Source: Deltaproteobacteria bacterium
GTDB taxonomy: Bacteria; Myxococcota_A; Polyangia; Fen-1088
Assembly: GCA_033763315.1 (NCBI GenBank)
Contig: JANRKS010000016.1
Span: 64,001-128,000 of the forward strand
Length of the DNA stretch: 64,000 nt
Direction of reading: 5' to 3'
How positions within the stretch are numbered: the stretch's first letter is position 1; each line of letters begins with the position of its first letter. The position numbers were made by a program, and so were the translations under genes. The notes below the pieces were generated by a model. That model did no database searches. It was not told the origin of the DNA and saw only the letters and a program-made list of their open reading frames with translations. Positions 1 through 9,988 of this stretch are shown here, piece by piece.

Positions 1-284
1 GGGGCATCGGCCGGGGCATCTGCGTCCGCTTCGTCTTCATCATCGAGTTCCACCTCGGGCTCGTCTTCCACGACGGCTTTGGCTTTGCTCTTGGCCTTTG
101 CCTTGGCTGCGGGGGCTTTGGCAACAGTGACGGCCTTCGCCGCGGCTTTGGCCGCCGGGGCCTTCGCGGCCGCTTTAGGCTTGGCTTTGGTGGCCACAGC
201 TTTCACCGCAGGCTTGGACATGGTTTCCGTGTCGCCTTCGGGTAAGGAAGCTTTTGTCTTCGTCTCAGCTTTTTTGGTGGCCAT
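1..284 (-). CDS. 5' part of a gene running off the window; Lys/Ala-rich then acidic N-terminus, probably DNA topoisomerase I
   Basis: Hand translation from ATG at 284: MATKKAETKTKASLPEGDTETMSKPAVKAVATKAKPKAAAKAPAAK...EDEPEVELDDEDE. Overlaps the dprA stop; dprA-topA is a common synteny. No catalytic domain is visible. Confidence 0.5.
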   Translation of the reverse strand, partial: MATKKAETKTKASLPEGDTETMSKPAVKAVATKAKPKAAAKAPAAKAAAKAVTVAKAPAAKAKAKSKAKAVVEDEPEVELDDEDEADADAPADA

Positions 285-1113
285 AAATTACCTCGTACTG
301 GGCGCCCGCTCCGCGGCCGATAAAGCCGTCCATCTCCGCTTCAACCAAAGCGGCCATGACATCGGACAAGGGCAACCCTAAATAAAGCGACATCGCGCCG
401 GGCGTGGTCATACCTGCCGCGATCGCCCCAACAATAGATGATGCAGGTTCCGGCAACGACGCCGGGCCGGGGCCCAACGCTCGCTGGCCCTGCAGGGCGG
501 CCAACAATTCGCCGTGGTTGGACACCGGCCACGCCAAACCGTTACGCAAAAGCGCGTCGGTGCCCACAGAACCAGGAACGGCAAGCAGCCTACGCCCTTG
601 CTTGTGCGCAAGTTTGGCGGTGACCAGCGCGCCCGAGCGCAGCTGGGCTTCCATCACCACCACGGCTTCTGCCAGTCCTACGATCAGCCGGTTCCGAACG
701 GGGAATTGCCCTGGCCGCGGTTGCGTCCCAGGCGGATATTCAGATAGCAGCCCGCCTTGTTGAGACACGCGAGCAAACAGGTCGGCGTGGCGGTCGGGGT
801 AAACCACATCAACACCACAGCCCAGAACCGCGAAGGTGGACCCTCCCGCAGCCAAGGCACCTGCGTGAGCCGCGGCATCCACACCCAATGCGCCGCCTGA
901 AACCACTTGATACCCGGCCTGCGTTAGCTGCCTCGACCACGCATAGGCCGCGCGGGTTCCGTCGCCGGTGGCGGCGCGGGCCCCCACCACCGCCACGGAT
1001 CGTTTGGACGCGCACGGCAGTTGGCCGCTCACCCACAAGCCCGCGGGCGGCCGCGGGATTTGCCGCAGCGTTGAAGGGAAATCTACGGAATCAAATGCGA
1101 TGAACGAGGGCAT
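265..1113 (-). CDS. dprA: DNA-processing protein DprA/Smf
   Basis: VAVVGAR, VVSGGALGVD, LLSEYPPG..P....FP.RNRLI and SGALVTA motifs; likely start MPSFIAF at 1113. Confidence 0.93.
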   Translation of the reverse strand: MPSFIAFDSVDFPSTLRQIPRPPAGLWVSGQLPCASKRSVAVVGARAATGDGTRAAYAWSRQLTQAGYQVVSGGALGVDAAAHAGALAAGGSTFAVLGCGVDVVYPDRHADLFARVSQQGGLLSEYPPGTQPRPGQFPVRNRLIVGLAEAVVVMEAQLRSGALVTAKLAHKQGRRLLAVPGSVGTDALLRNGLAWPVSNHGELLAALQGQRALGPGPASLPEPASSIVGAIAAGMTTPGAMSLYLGLPLSDVMAALVEAEMDGFIGRGAGAQYEVIYGHQKS

Positions 1114-1427
1114 CACTGGCGTTTTCGGCGCCAGCCGCCCAAAAGGTTCGCGCAAAATACCCTCGTCCGCGCCCAGCCCAGTGTCCGCGCGGCGTGAGGG
1201 GACGGCCGATGAAACTTTGGCAAGGGCGGGCAAAAGCGCCCACCCAACGGCGTCATTCTGCGTCGCGGCGGCCAAGAACATCAGGACGGCAAGAGGTAGC
1301 GCCGACGCCCTCCGGGGTCAAGGCCGAGCCCCGAAGTGCCCAGGAATGCTGAGAAAGTGTTGCGCCGCCCGGTTCGCGCGGCGTCCGTTTCTCTGCGCAT
1401 TCGGGCCGCGGCGGCCCGCCTGGTGAG

Positions 1428-2768
1428 CTAATAGCCGCGTCGCGTTTCGGTCCGCTCGCCCACCTGGATCTCCTTGGTGGAGCGCTCGACCCAGGCCACA
1501 GCCGCCTCCTCGTGCACGTCCACAACCAGCAGCTGGGCCACGATTTCTTTCGGATACCCATCGTCGTAAGCGGGATCCCGCTCCATGCGCGGCCGGTAGC
1601 CGTCTCCCTTGCGAATGACGTACGAACGGTTGCCCACTTTGATACCGTCTTTTGAGCCACGGGACAGCACAACGAAGTCTTGCTCCGCCAACAAACCGCG
1701 GGGGGCGAATGAAGCCACAATACGGGCCTCTAGGCTCACATCGCTGGCCACCGGCTTAACGCGACGGAAGGGCTGCACACGCTTACTGATGAAATACCCC
1801 CGTTCAACCGGCGCCGAAAGCTCTGCAAAGGTGCCGCGCCCCGAGGTGTCATCGGCCACTTGGTTCACCACGATGTCGCCGTAGATCTTCACCAAGTAGC
1901 CCACGATCTTGCTCGGGTCCTTCGGGTTGCGAATCGGCGCGTCCTTATCCACCGTGAACACGGTGTATCGCTCGCCTGCCACCAAACGTTTGTCCTTCGG
2001 AAACGCCACGTAGGCTGAGTCTCCCGAAGACAACATGATCTTCTCCTCGCGCGAGCCGCTGATCTTGCCTGCGGCGACGAGATCGGCCGAGCTCAAAAAA
2101 CCGGTCTCACGCAAATTGACGGCGCCGTCTTGCGCCGCTCCTTGTGAAACCTTCGGCCCGAGATCCGACGCGTCTGCCACCGCCAACGAAGCGCCACTGC
2201 CGGACTTCAGGCGAAGGGCGTCCCCGGTGAAGATCCAGTGCGGGTTGGTGATTTGCGGGTTGAGCGCCCACAGTTGAGGCCACTTGTAGGGATCGCGAAA
2301 ATAGAAATTGCACACCGACCACAAGGTGTCGCCCTTCTTCACCTGGTGTGTCTCTGGCACTTCGGGCGGCGGGCCTTCATCGGGGTTGTAAGAGCTATCT
2401 TCACTTTCGTCGGCGGCTTCGCTGCGCGTGACAGATTCGGAATCGGCGGCGGCACCGGCGGAGGGCTCGTCGGCCTGGGCTTTCGGGGGGGCCTTGCGAG
2501 TGAGGCCCGGGAAGCTCGCCGAGGCCGACGGCGATTCGCCTCGCTCGATGGCGGCCACATCGGGCAAAGGCGCGGGCTCTTGGTCTGTGATGCCCTTTAC
2601 CGTGTCTTTGAACGAGCCGGTTTGGGCCAGCGCCGGCGACGTCACCAGCGTTGCCAACCCCAAAGACAAAGCGGTGTTCCGAACACCGTGGCGCCATTTT
2701 AACTTCTCCATCGCTTCTCCTTCACGGACTCTGCGAGCCTGCCAACGGGGCATCATCGTGTTTGCCAT
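1428..2768 (-). CDS. Exported LysM-domain protein
   Basis: Signal-like segment; LysM motif HQVKKGDTLW...WPQLWALNPQITNPHWIFTGD. Start uncertain (possibly 2711). Confidence 0.85.
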   Translation of the reverse strand: MANTMMPRWQARRVREGEAMEKLKWRHGVRNTALSLGLATLVTSPALAQTGSFKDTVKGITDQEPAPLPDVAAIERGESPSASASFPGLTRKAPPKAQADEPSAGAAADSESVTRSEAADESEDSSYNPDEGPPPEVPETHQVKKGDTLWSVCNFYFRDPYKWPQLWALNPQITNPHWIFTGDALRLKSGSGASLAVADASDLGPKVSQGAAQDGAVNLRETGFLSSADLVAAGKISGSREEKIMLSSGDSAYVAFPKDKRLVAGERYTVFTVDKDAPIRNPKDPSKIVGYLVKIYGDIVVNQVADDTSGRGTFAELSAPVERGYFISKRVQPFRRVKPVASDVSLEARIVASFAPRGLLAEQDFVVLSRGSKDGIKVGNRSYVIRKGDGYRPRMERDPAYDDGYPKEIVAQLLVVDVHEEAAVAWVERSTKEIQVGERTETRRGY

Positions 2769-3684
2769 CCAGTTCGCTCATTCGCTCAGCGGCCACCTTG
2801 GCGGCGGTGTGGGTGGGAAAACTCTTTTGCAATTCGGTCAGCGTGCCGCGGCCAGCAGCCTCATTACCCAAAAGCAAGTATCCGAGGCCCGCCTTCAAAA
2901 GTGCGTCTGGCACTTTGTTGCCTTGCGGGTAAACGTCCACCACGCGCCGAAATTCGCGCACCGCTGTGACGAAATCCTTTAGATCGTAGTAACACTCGGC
3001 CAACCAGTACTGCGCGTTGTCGGCATAGTCGTGTTGCGGAAACCTTCGCAGAAATTCTCGGAAGCCCGCCGCGGCGTCAGCGTGACGGCTGGCTTTGAGA
3101 TGATCAAGCGACTGTTTGTACAGCAACAAGGGAACCCCATCGGGGTTGTGAATCGGCACCCGACGCGGCTCGCTGTTCGCAACACCGGGCCCACGGCGCG
3201 AAGGTGCCGCACGCGTCGGTTCATCGGCGGCGACCGGCTCGTCGTCGGATTGGGCTTGCGTGATGACGTCATTGCCGTTGCCCACCAGACGCAAGACAGG
3301 ACGGCTCTTCGAAGGCTTCGCCGCCTCGCCCACATATTCAACCTCGCTGTCCTCGCCGAACGAATAGGTCGCGCTTTGGCCTTCGTCGGGAGCGGGGGCT
3401 GATTGCCCCGGCGTCAACGTGACCTTGGGCAGCCGCGGCGGCGCCACTCGCGCTTCGTTGACGCTGCGGCTGTCCGCCTTATCGCCCAGGATGAACACCT
3501 GGTTTTCCAGCTCTTCGATCTGCCGCCGCTGCTCGACGTTTTGTGCTTTTAGCGAGGCGATCGTTCGGTTGAGCTCGTCGACCTTCACCTGCGAGGGCGG
3601 CGGTGTGCACGCCACAGCCCCCAGCCAAGCCGCGGCCGCACAACGAACACCGACTGAAACCCACAGCGTCTTCATTTTGATCAA
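2722..3684 (-). CDS. cpoB: Tol-Pal associated TPR lipoprotein YbgF/CpoB
   Basis: Lipobox AVAC, coiled coil, and C-terminal TPRs (YADNAQYWLAECYY, YPQGNKVPDALLKAG). Confidence 0.85.
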   Translation of the reverse strand: MIKMKTLWVSVGVRCAAAAWLGAVACTPPPSQVKVDELNRTIASLKAQNVEQRRQIEELENQVFILGDKADSRSVNEARVAPPRLPKVTLTPGQSAPAPDEGQSATYSFGEDSEVEYVGEAAKPSKSRPVLRLVGNGNDVITQAQSDDEPVAADEPTRAAPSRRGPGVANSEPRRVPIHNPDGVPLLLYKQSLDHLKASRHADAAAGFREFLRRFPQHDYADNAQYWLAECYYDLKDFVTAVREFRRVVDVYPQGNKVPDALLKAGLGYLLLGNEAAGRGTLTELQKSFPTHTAAKVAAERMSELDGKHDDAPLAGSQSP

Positions 3685-3810
3685 GTACGAATCTTAAGAC
3701 ACCTTACACAAGGGCCCAAAAACACGTGCTTAGACGCACGCACCTTCTCCCGCTTGGGGGATCGGTACTTTGGCGCGCGGGCTTGAGCTCGGGCGCCAGC
3801 GATTTGACGA

Positions 3811-4743
3811 TCAACCGTTATCGAGATCGGCGAGGATCGCGTCGGCGCCCTTGATGAGCAGTGCTTTTGCGGTTTCGGTGCCCAGGAGCGAGGCCTTGCT
3901 AACCTCGCCTTCGCGAACCACCTGCAAAATGTCCGTACCGTCGGGCCGGCCGACCAGGCCCGTCAACGTGAGCTTGGTGCCGCTGACAACCGCATAACCG
4001 CCCACGGGCGTCCGGCACGAGCCGCCAAGGCCCGCCATCAAAGCGCGCTCTGCGATCACCGCGGTGCGTGTCTCGGCGTGATCGAGTTTCGCCACCAATG
4101 GAGCCACGCGCGGATCGCCGAACCGCGTTTCGATGGCCATGCAGCCTTGGCCAATGGCCGGCAACATCACGTCGGCGGGCAAACGCTGTGTGATGCGCCC
4201 GCCGTGCCCCAGCCGGTCCAGACCGGCACACGCCAAGATGGCGGCGTCCACGTCACCTTCGTCGAGCTTACGCAAACGGGTGTCCACGTTGCCGCGCAGC
4301 AGTTCCACCTTGAGGTCTGGACGCTTTGCTCGCAATTGGCAGCTGCGGCGCAAGCTTGAGGTGCCCACGCGCGAACCCGCAGGCAATTCCATAAGCGAGG
4401 CCCCCTTGCGGGAAAGCCAAGCGTCACGCGCGTCGGCGCGTTCGGGATACGCAGCCAACATGAGACCGTCAGGCAAACTGGCCGGCACGTCCTTGAGGCT
4501 GTGCACCGCCAGATCCACCTTGCCGGCGAGCAACGCTTCTTCCAGCTCTTTGACCCACACGGCCTTGCCACCCACATCGGCCACGGGGCCCGTTTGAAAA
4601 CGATCGCCGCTGGTCACGATGGTCTCAAGCACGACCTCTAGCTCCGGGTGCAGCTTGCGGATTTGCTCAGCCACAAAATTCGCCTGCCACAACGCCAAAG
4701 CGCTGCCTCGCGTGCCTATCACCAAACGCTTCAACGTCGTCAT
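3811..4743 (-). CDS. hemC: Hydroxymethylbilane synthase
   Basis: IGTRGSALALWQA, AVHSLKDVP, GTSSLRR and LRGNVDTRL motifs. Confidence 0.97.
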   Translation of the reverse strand: MTTLKRLVIGTRGSALALWQANFVAEQIRKLHPELEVVLETIVTSGDRFQTGPVADVGGKAVWVKELEEALLAGKVDLAVHSLKDVPASLPDGLMLAAYPERADARDAWLSRKGASLMELPAGSRVGTSSLRRSCQLRAKRPDLKVELLRGNVDTRLRKLDEGDVDAAILACAGLDRLGHGGRITQRLPADVMLPAIGQGCMAIETRFGDPRVAPLVAKLDHAETRTAVIAERALMAGLGGSCRTPVGGYAVVSGTKLTLTGLVGRPDGTDILQVVREGEVSKASLLGTETAKALLIKGADAILADLDNG

Positions 4744-6074
4744 GTTTTTGCCTGGGGGTTCGAGGGTTCGTCACTGGACTGGGGTGGCTCGGGGGCCACA
4801 GCGGGAAGATCAAAAAGCTGCGCGAGGGCGCTCGTCAGAACGTCAGCCATATCACCTGCGGCTTCTTTCTTTAAGACCACTTGCGGGTTGTGCAGCAGTT
4901 TGGCGGCGATGCTTTCCGCCAAACGGGTGATGGTTTTGCGCGTGCGCTCATCGGCCTCAGGCACTTGGCTCAAGGCCTTGTCGGCTTCTGCGGCGGCCAC
5001 GCTTAAAAAGCGTGAGCGCAAAGCCGAGATCGTTGGCGCCACGCCCCGGCCGCGCTGGGTTTGCAGGTAGCGCAGCACTTCGTCTTCGACGATTTGCTCT
5101 GCCTTTTCTGCTTCTTGGCGACGGCCCGACAGAGCCGATGCGGCCTCTTTTTGCAGGTCATCAATGTCCCACAGATAAACGCCTGGGATCGCAGAAGCGC
5201 CCGCTTCCACGTCGCGAGGCACAGCGATGTCCACGATGACGAGCGAGCGGTTGCGCCGCGTTTTTTGAATGCGCGCCAACGCTGCCTGAGTGAGGATGGG
5301 TTGCCGCGCGCCGGTGGAAGAAATAACAATGTCAGCGCGGCCAATCGCTTGATCGAGCTCTTCGAACGGTTCGACGGCGAAGCCTAAACGCTGACCAAAC
5401 TCTTCCGCACGCGCGCGCGTGCGGTTGGTGACCGCCACCGTGGCGCCTTGTGCCTTCAAAGCGCGCCCCGCCAGATCGGCCATTTTCCCCGCGCCGATCA
5501 GCAGCACGCGGCGCCCTTCAAAACCAGCAAACACCTGCCGCGCCAGATCGACGGCCACGGAAGACACAGAGACCGATTGGCGCGCTATTTCGGTGTCGCG
5601 ACGCACGCGACGAGCGATGCGAAACGCTCGGGGAAAGCAATCGCCAAGCAACGGCCCCGCCGCGCCCGACCTCGTGGCCAAATCATAGGCGTCCTTGACC
5701 TGCCCTAGAATTTGCGGCTCGCCCACCACGAGTGAGTCCAAACTGGAAGCCACACGAAACAGGTGATGCACGGCCGCGCGCCCCGCCCGCCGGTACAAAT
5801 GCGTTTCAAGCTCGCCCACGCCGCCTGCGTCCGCTGGCAAACGCCCCGCCAGATACGTTCGCAGCGCATCGAACGCCGCCACACGATCCGTGGCCCCCGC
5901 ATAGATCTCCACGCGGTTGCATGTGGACACCACAGTGGCCTCGCCGATGCCCGGCAACGCGATCAAAGTTTTCACGAAGCCTTCCGCTTCGTTTGGATCG
6001 ACGGCCAAACATTCGCGCATCGCCACTGGTGCCGTGCGATGAGACAAGCCAAGAACAATGAGTTCAAGCCCCAT
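4740..6074 (-). CDS. hemA: Glutamyl-tRNA reductase
   Basis: GLSHRTAPV, STCNRVE, SLDSLVVGEPQILGQVK, IGAGKM and DIAVPRD motifs. Confidence 0.97.
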   Translation of the reverse strand: MGLELIVLGLSHRTAPVAMRECLAVDPNEAEGFVKTLIALPGIGEATVVSTCNRVEIYAGATDRVAAFDALRTYLAGRLPADAGGVGELETHLYRRAGRAAVHHLFRVASSLDSLVVGEPQILGQVKDAYDLATRSGAAGPLLGDCFPRAFRIARRVRRDTEIARQSVSVSSVAVDLARQVFAGFEGRRVLLIGAGKMADLAGRALKAQGATVAVTNRTRARAEEFGQRLGFAVEPFEELDQAIGRADIVISSTGARQPILTQAALARIQKTRRNRSLVIVDIAVPRDVEAGASAIPGVYLWDIDDLQKEAASALSGRRQEAEKAEQIVEDEVLRYLQTQRGRGVAPTISALRSRFLSVAAAEADKALSQVPEADERTRKTITRLAESIAAKLLHNPQVVLKKEAAGDMADVLTSALAQLFDLPAVAPEPPQSSDEPSNPQAKT

Positions 6075-6137
6075 GACTGTGACTGCCCGCAAAGGCGTTG
6101 ATCAGTCGGCAACGATCGGCGCGGCTTAAACGTTGCA

Positions 6138-6938
6138 CTACGCCAGATCCCGCAGAAAATAGGCCAGCAGCACCAGCAGGGCGCCACCGAAACCGGCCAA
6201 GGTCACCCAGGCCGCGCGCCGTCCCTGCCAGCCCGCACCCCGGCGCGCGACAATCAGACCGCCATACGCCAACCACGAAGCCACGGCCAAAACATATTCA
6301 GGCCGCACGTTTCCTGCTTTGTGCAGCAGCCCCAAGCGCGCCACCAATACGGCGCCCGTGACGATCGCCAACGTAAAGATCGGAAAGCCGAACGACACAC
6401 AACGAGCCGCCAAGTGATCCAAGGTTTCGAGCGGCGCCGCGCCGCTGCGCATTTTCGCAAAGTCTTTCCGTTTAAGCCGCCGCTCTTGGATGAGGTATAG
6501 CGTGGCCAAAATGGCGGCAAGCGCAAAGAAGGCTTCACCCACTGTGGACAACAAGATGTGCGTTGTGGCTAAGGGGCCTCGCAAGCCCGACGCTTCGCCT
6601 TGGGGCAGCACGCGCGCCAACACCAACAGAACAAGCACGGTCGGCGCCGCGAAAGCGCCAATGGCCGGCAGGCGGTTGCGCGTGGTCGCCGCCAGAAAAC
6701 CGAACGCAAGCAACCAAGCCACGAACGCGGTGGCTTCGGCGGTGGAAGACAGCGGATGCTGGCTGCGAAAGCAGCGCGCGCCGATGTCGGCGAAGTGAAT
6801 CACAAATCCAATGATGAAAATCCAACGGCCCCAGCGTGCCACGGTTGGACCCGCGCCCAAGTGAAAGCCCAGGTAGAGGCCCGAGGCCAACCCGTACGCG
6901 CCGATTTGCGCGATCTCAAGAGCGGAAGAAAGATTCAC
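6138..6938 (-). CDS. ccsA: Cytochrome c assembly-family (CcsA/HemX-like) membrane protein
   Basis: Multiple TM helices, QER.LK.K and GWQGRRAA motifs; directly upstream of hemA. Confidence 0.8.
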   Translation of the reverse strand: MNLSSALEIAQIGAYGLASGLYLGFHLGAGPTVARWGRWIFIIGFVIHFADIGARCFRSQHPLSSTAEATAFVAWLLAFGFLAATTRNRLPAIGAFAAPTVLVLLVLARVLPQGEASGLRGPLATTHILLSTVGEAFFALAAILATLYLIQERRLKRKDFAKMRSGAAPLETLDHLAARCVSFGFPIFTLAIVTGAVLVARLGLLHKAGNVRPEYVLAVASWLAYGGLIVARRGAGWQGRRAAWVTLAGFGGALLVLLAYFLRDLA

Positions 6939-7289
6939 TTAGCCTCGGGCCGCAGAGATGGCCGCCATCAACGTGGCGGTGGTCGCGGTGGGCGTTTCAG
7001 ATGTGGCGACAAAACCTGGTTCAACGTCGTATGCCGCCTCGCCCACGACGACCGAAGACATATAAGCTTCACCCCCCAAGGCGTTGATCGCAAACTGATC
7101 TTTCACTTTGCCCACCAAGCCGTGCACGTCGGCGGAACCGCCGGCCGCCGCCTTGAAGAACGCCGCGGGCGCCAAGCGCAGCCGCAGCCCATCGGGCCGA
7201 AGCGTGATGTACTCGCCTTGCAGGTCCACCCTGTCGGTGGCCACCCAATCGTCGATGGTCATCTGCGACAGAAAAACCTTAAAGCTCAT
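6939..7289 (-). CDS. Hypothetical protein (116 aa)
   Basis: MSFKVFLSQ...LVGKVK...LGGEAYMSSVVVGEAAYDVEPGF; abuts the ccsA start. The longer ORF-track call overlaps trxA. Confidence 0.7.
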   Translation of the reverse strand: MSFKVFLSQMTIDDWVATDRVDLQGEYITLRPDGLRLRLAPAAFFKAAAGGSADVHGLVGKVKDQFAINALGGEAYMSSVVVGEAAYDVEPGFVATSETPTATTATLMAAISAARG

Positions 7290-7481
7290 AGAACCGCTCC
7301 TTACCTTTTGCGCAACGTGCGAAACGGCCAAAAACTTAGCATCGTGCACATGTCCCCGCCAAGAACCGGACGTGAAACCAAAGCCCCCCTGCACGAATCC
7401 AAGCCTAAACAAAGGGCGAGGGTTTCTACGACGGCCGAACGCTATCCACCCTCGCTCCCATATGGTAAAGGTTGAAAATCC

Positions 7482-7811
7482 ATGGCAAGCGCGAACGTAA
7501 TTGAAGTCACCGACGACAACTTTGCAGCCGACGTCCTGCAATCCACAGAACCCGTTTTGGTGGATTTCTGGGCCGCTTGGTGCGCGCCTTGCCGGGCCAT
7601 CGCGCCACATGTAGAGGCCTTGGCTGACCAATACAAAGGCCAAGTGAAGGTGGGCAAGTGCGACATCGACGCCAACCCTCAGGTGCCTTCGCAGTTTGAG
7701 GTGCGCAGCATCCCCACGTTGCTGATGTTCAAGGGCGGGCAGGTGGTGGGCCAATTGGTGGGTGCGGTGCCGCGTCCGAAGCTTGAGGACTTCATTAAGA
7801 AGGCCCTCTAA
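7482..7811 (+). CDS. trxA: Thioredoxin
   Basis: VLVDFWAAWCAPC and SIPTLL motifs. Confidence 0.96.
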   Translation: MASANVIEVTDDNFAADVLQSTEPVLVDFWAAWCAPCRAIAPHVEALADQYKGQVKVGKCDIDANPQVPSQFEVRSIPTLLMFKGGQVVGQLVGAVPRPKLEDFIKKAL

Positions 7812-7831
7812 TCTATCACTCGTGACCGAGA

Positions 7832-9256
7832 TCAGCCGCCGCGGAACAACACGGCGGCGATCGCCACGCCCAAAGCCAAGGCGCCCACGAAGACGCCGAC
7901 AATGACAAGCCCCTTCCCCTTGCGCGGGTCGGTGGTCGGCACATTCGCTGGGGCGGCCGTGGCAGTGGCTGGCGCGGCCGGCACAGTCGGCAGCTGAGGC
8001 TGCGACGGAGGGCCACCGACGCGTCGGTTGTCTGAAGGCGCGGCAGCCACAGGATGGCTGGGCACGGGCGCCGAAGGAATCGAATCGGTCGCGCGGAGCT
8101 CAGAAGGCACGCCCTGGCCTTGCGTGGCGGTGCGGCGGTTGCCGGTTTTACGCCACGGCCAATCCGTATCGTTGGCCCACGCACGCGGATCGATCAAGTC
8201 GCCCGTCATGCGCGGCAAAGCAGCCGAAGCCCCCGCCTCAGGATCTTCGAAATCCATTGAGGTGAAGGCGCGAATCTGTTCTTGCAGAACCGCATCGACG
8301 ATGTTGCCGCGTGGCTTTTTGCCCGCACCAGACAACGTCATCTGATCTTCCATGCACCGCCGCACAAGCTCAGAGATGTCGCGCTGGATCATCTTGAGGC
8401 CCCGCGAAAACAGGTAGTGCGCGAGCGCGTCCTGCAAATCCGTGGCGGATTGAAAACGGTCTTCGAGCCTACGCGCCAACGACTTACGGACGATGTCCTC
8501 AAGCTCGGGCTCGACTTCTGGGTTTTGTGCACCGATCGGCGGAATGCGCGCGGCGCGCACGAGTTCCACCGTTTGGTAATCGCTCTCGCCGTAGAACAAC
8601 CGGCGGTTCGTGAGCATCTCGTAAAGCAAAATGCCGACGGCGAAGATATCTGCCTGTTGATCCACCTCTTCACCGCGCGCGGCTTCAGGCGACAGATAAC
8701 TCATCTTGCCCTTGACCACGCCGGGATCGGTGTGTTCCACCTGCACAGCCGCTTTGGCCAGGCCGAAATCAGTGAGTTTAATTTCACCGTTTTTCGACAA
8801 GAGGACGTTCGGCGGCGAAACGTCGCGGTGAACGATGCCCAGCGGTTTGCCCGTTTCAGGATGAGGCAAATCGTGGGCGTAATTGAGACCTTTGCAGATC
8901 TCCATGATCACGTAGACGGTCTGCCCAATCGTGAGCGGCTTATTGATCCGCCGGCGCCACTCCAGGATCGCCTTGAGGTCAACGCCATCCACGAACTCCA
9001 TCACGATGAAGTACGTGTCGTCGACATGGCCGATGTCGAACACTTGAACGATGTTGGCGTGCTGCAGGCTTAGCGAAAGCCGCGCCTCATCCAAAAACAT
9101 CGCGATGAACTTCTTGTTCTTCGTGAGCGATGGAAGAATGCGTTTAACGGCTACGTTCTTGCGGAATCCCTGGAGCGACTCGGCGACGCCCCTGAAAACT
9201 TCCGCCATGCCCCCTGCGGCAATGCGTTCAACGATTCTGTACCGGCTATCAGGCAT
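7832..9256 (-). CDS. Hanks-type Ser/Thr protein kinase with C-terminal TM
   Basis: GGMAEVF, VAVK, HRDVSPPN, DFG and SYLSPE motifs. Confidence 0.95.
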   Translation of the reverse strand: MPDSRYRIVERIAAGGMAEVFRGVAESLQGFRKNVAVKRILPSLTKNKKFIAMFLDEARLSLSLQHANIVQVFDIGHVDDTYFIVMEFVDGVDLKAILEWRRRINKPLTIGQTVYVIMEICKGLNYAHDLPHPETGKPLGIVHRDVSPPNVLLSKNGEIKLTDFGLAKAAVQVEHTDPGVVKGKMSYLSPEAARGEEVDQQADIFAVGILLYEMLTNRRLFYGESDYQTVELVRAARIPPIGAQNPEVEPELEDIVRKSLARRLEDRFQSATDLQDALAHYLFSRGLKMIQRDISELVRRCMEDQMTLSGAGKKPRGNIVDAVLQEQIRAFTSMDFEDPEAGASAALPRMTGDLIDPRAWANDTDWPWRKTGNRRTATQGQGVPSELRATDSIPSAPVPSHPVAAAPSDNRRVGGPPSQPQLPTVPAAPATATAAPANVPTTDPRKGKGLVIVGVFVGALALGVAIAAVLFRGG

Positions 9257-9364
9257 GGGTAGGGCGTCAAGAGCCCTGCGTCACGGACTATAGCAGAGAG
9301 GCCGGCCCACACAATGCGTGGGGTCCGGTCTCTCGCCTCGACCGCGCAAGGGTTGCGTCGGCCT

Positions 9365-9799
9365 TTATTCGTCGGACGAAGTGGCCGGCGCGTCAGACAA
9401 GTCGGCGTCCAAGACGCCGCCACGCCCAGCTTGCGACAAAGCCGCTTCCTCGCGCTCGGAAATTTCCTTGCAGTCGATGCATAAGGTGGTGACCGGGCGG
9501 GCCATCAGGCGGCGAAACGGAATCGGTTCGCCACAATCCTCACACACATCGATCTCGTCCGCGTCGAGGCGAACGAGCTGCTTCGTGATCTTGCGCAGCA
9601 GGTACTTTTCGCGATCGTGTAGCCGCATCTCAGTGGAGAACAGCTCTTCTTCCATCGATTCGTCGATCGAATCACGGCCGATGTTTCTTTCGTGGCTCAT
9701 CGAAAACGACAGCGCACTTTGGCCGGTCTTCGCAAGCCTCCCACGCTCCTCTTCCAACACACGGCGAATCTCAACCTTTTCGCTTTTGGAAAGCATCAA
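9365..9799 (-). CDS. DksA/TraR family C4 zinc-finger protein
   Basis: CEDCGEPIPFRRLMARPVTTLCIDCK with DSID at the coiled-coil tip. Confidence 0.88.
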   Translation of the reverse strand: MMLSKSEKVEIRRVLEEERGRLAKTGQSALSFSMSHERNIGRDSIDESMEEELFSTEMRLHDREKYLLRKITKQLVRLDADEIDVCEDCGEPIPFRRLMARPVTTLCIDCKEISEREEAALSQAGRGGVLDADLSDAPATSSDE

Positions 9800-9988
9800 C
9801 GCTCCTCTTCCAATCGTCTCGAATGCAGGGAAAAACCTAAACGACCACCGGACTTCTCAAGCTCTGCATCCTTTGCCTTGAGGCAATTGCAGATTCCGGG
9901 CCCAGAGTTTTAGCACTCTGTGGCAGCAACGTAAGCGCCAAAGTGCAACGTTTGACGGTCAAACGACCTCGGCGGTCATTAAGGGCCT

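Noticed and set aside
7362-7376. 15-nt match (AGAACCGGACGTGAA) to intron domain V at 36778-36792
   Set aside because: The complementary arm of domain V and domain VI are absent; probably chance.
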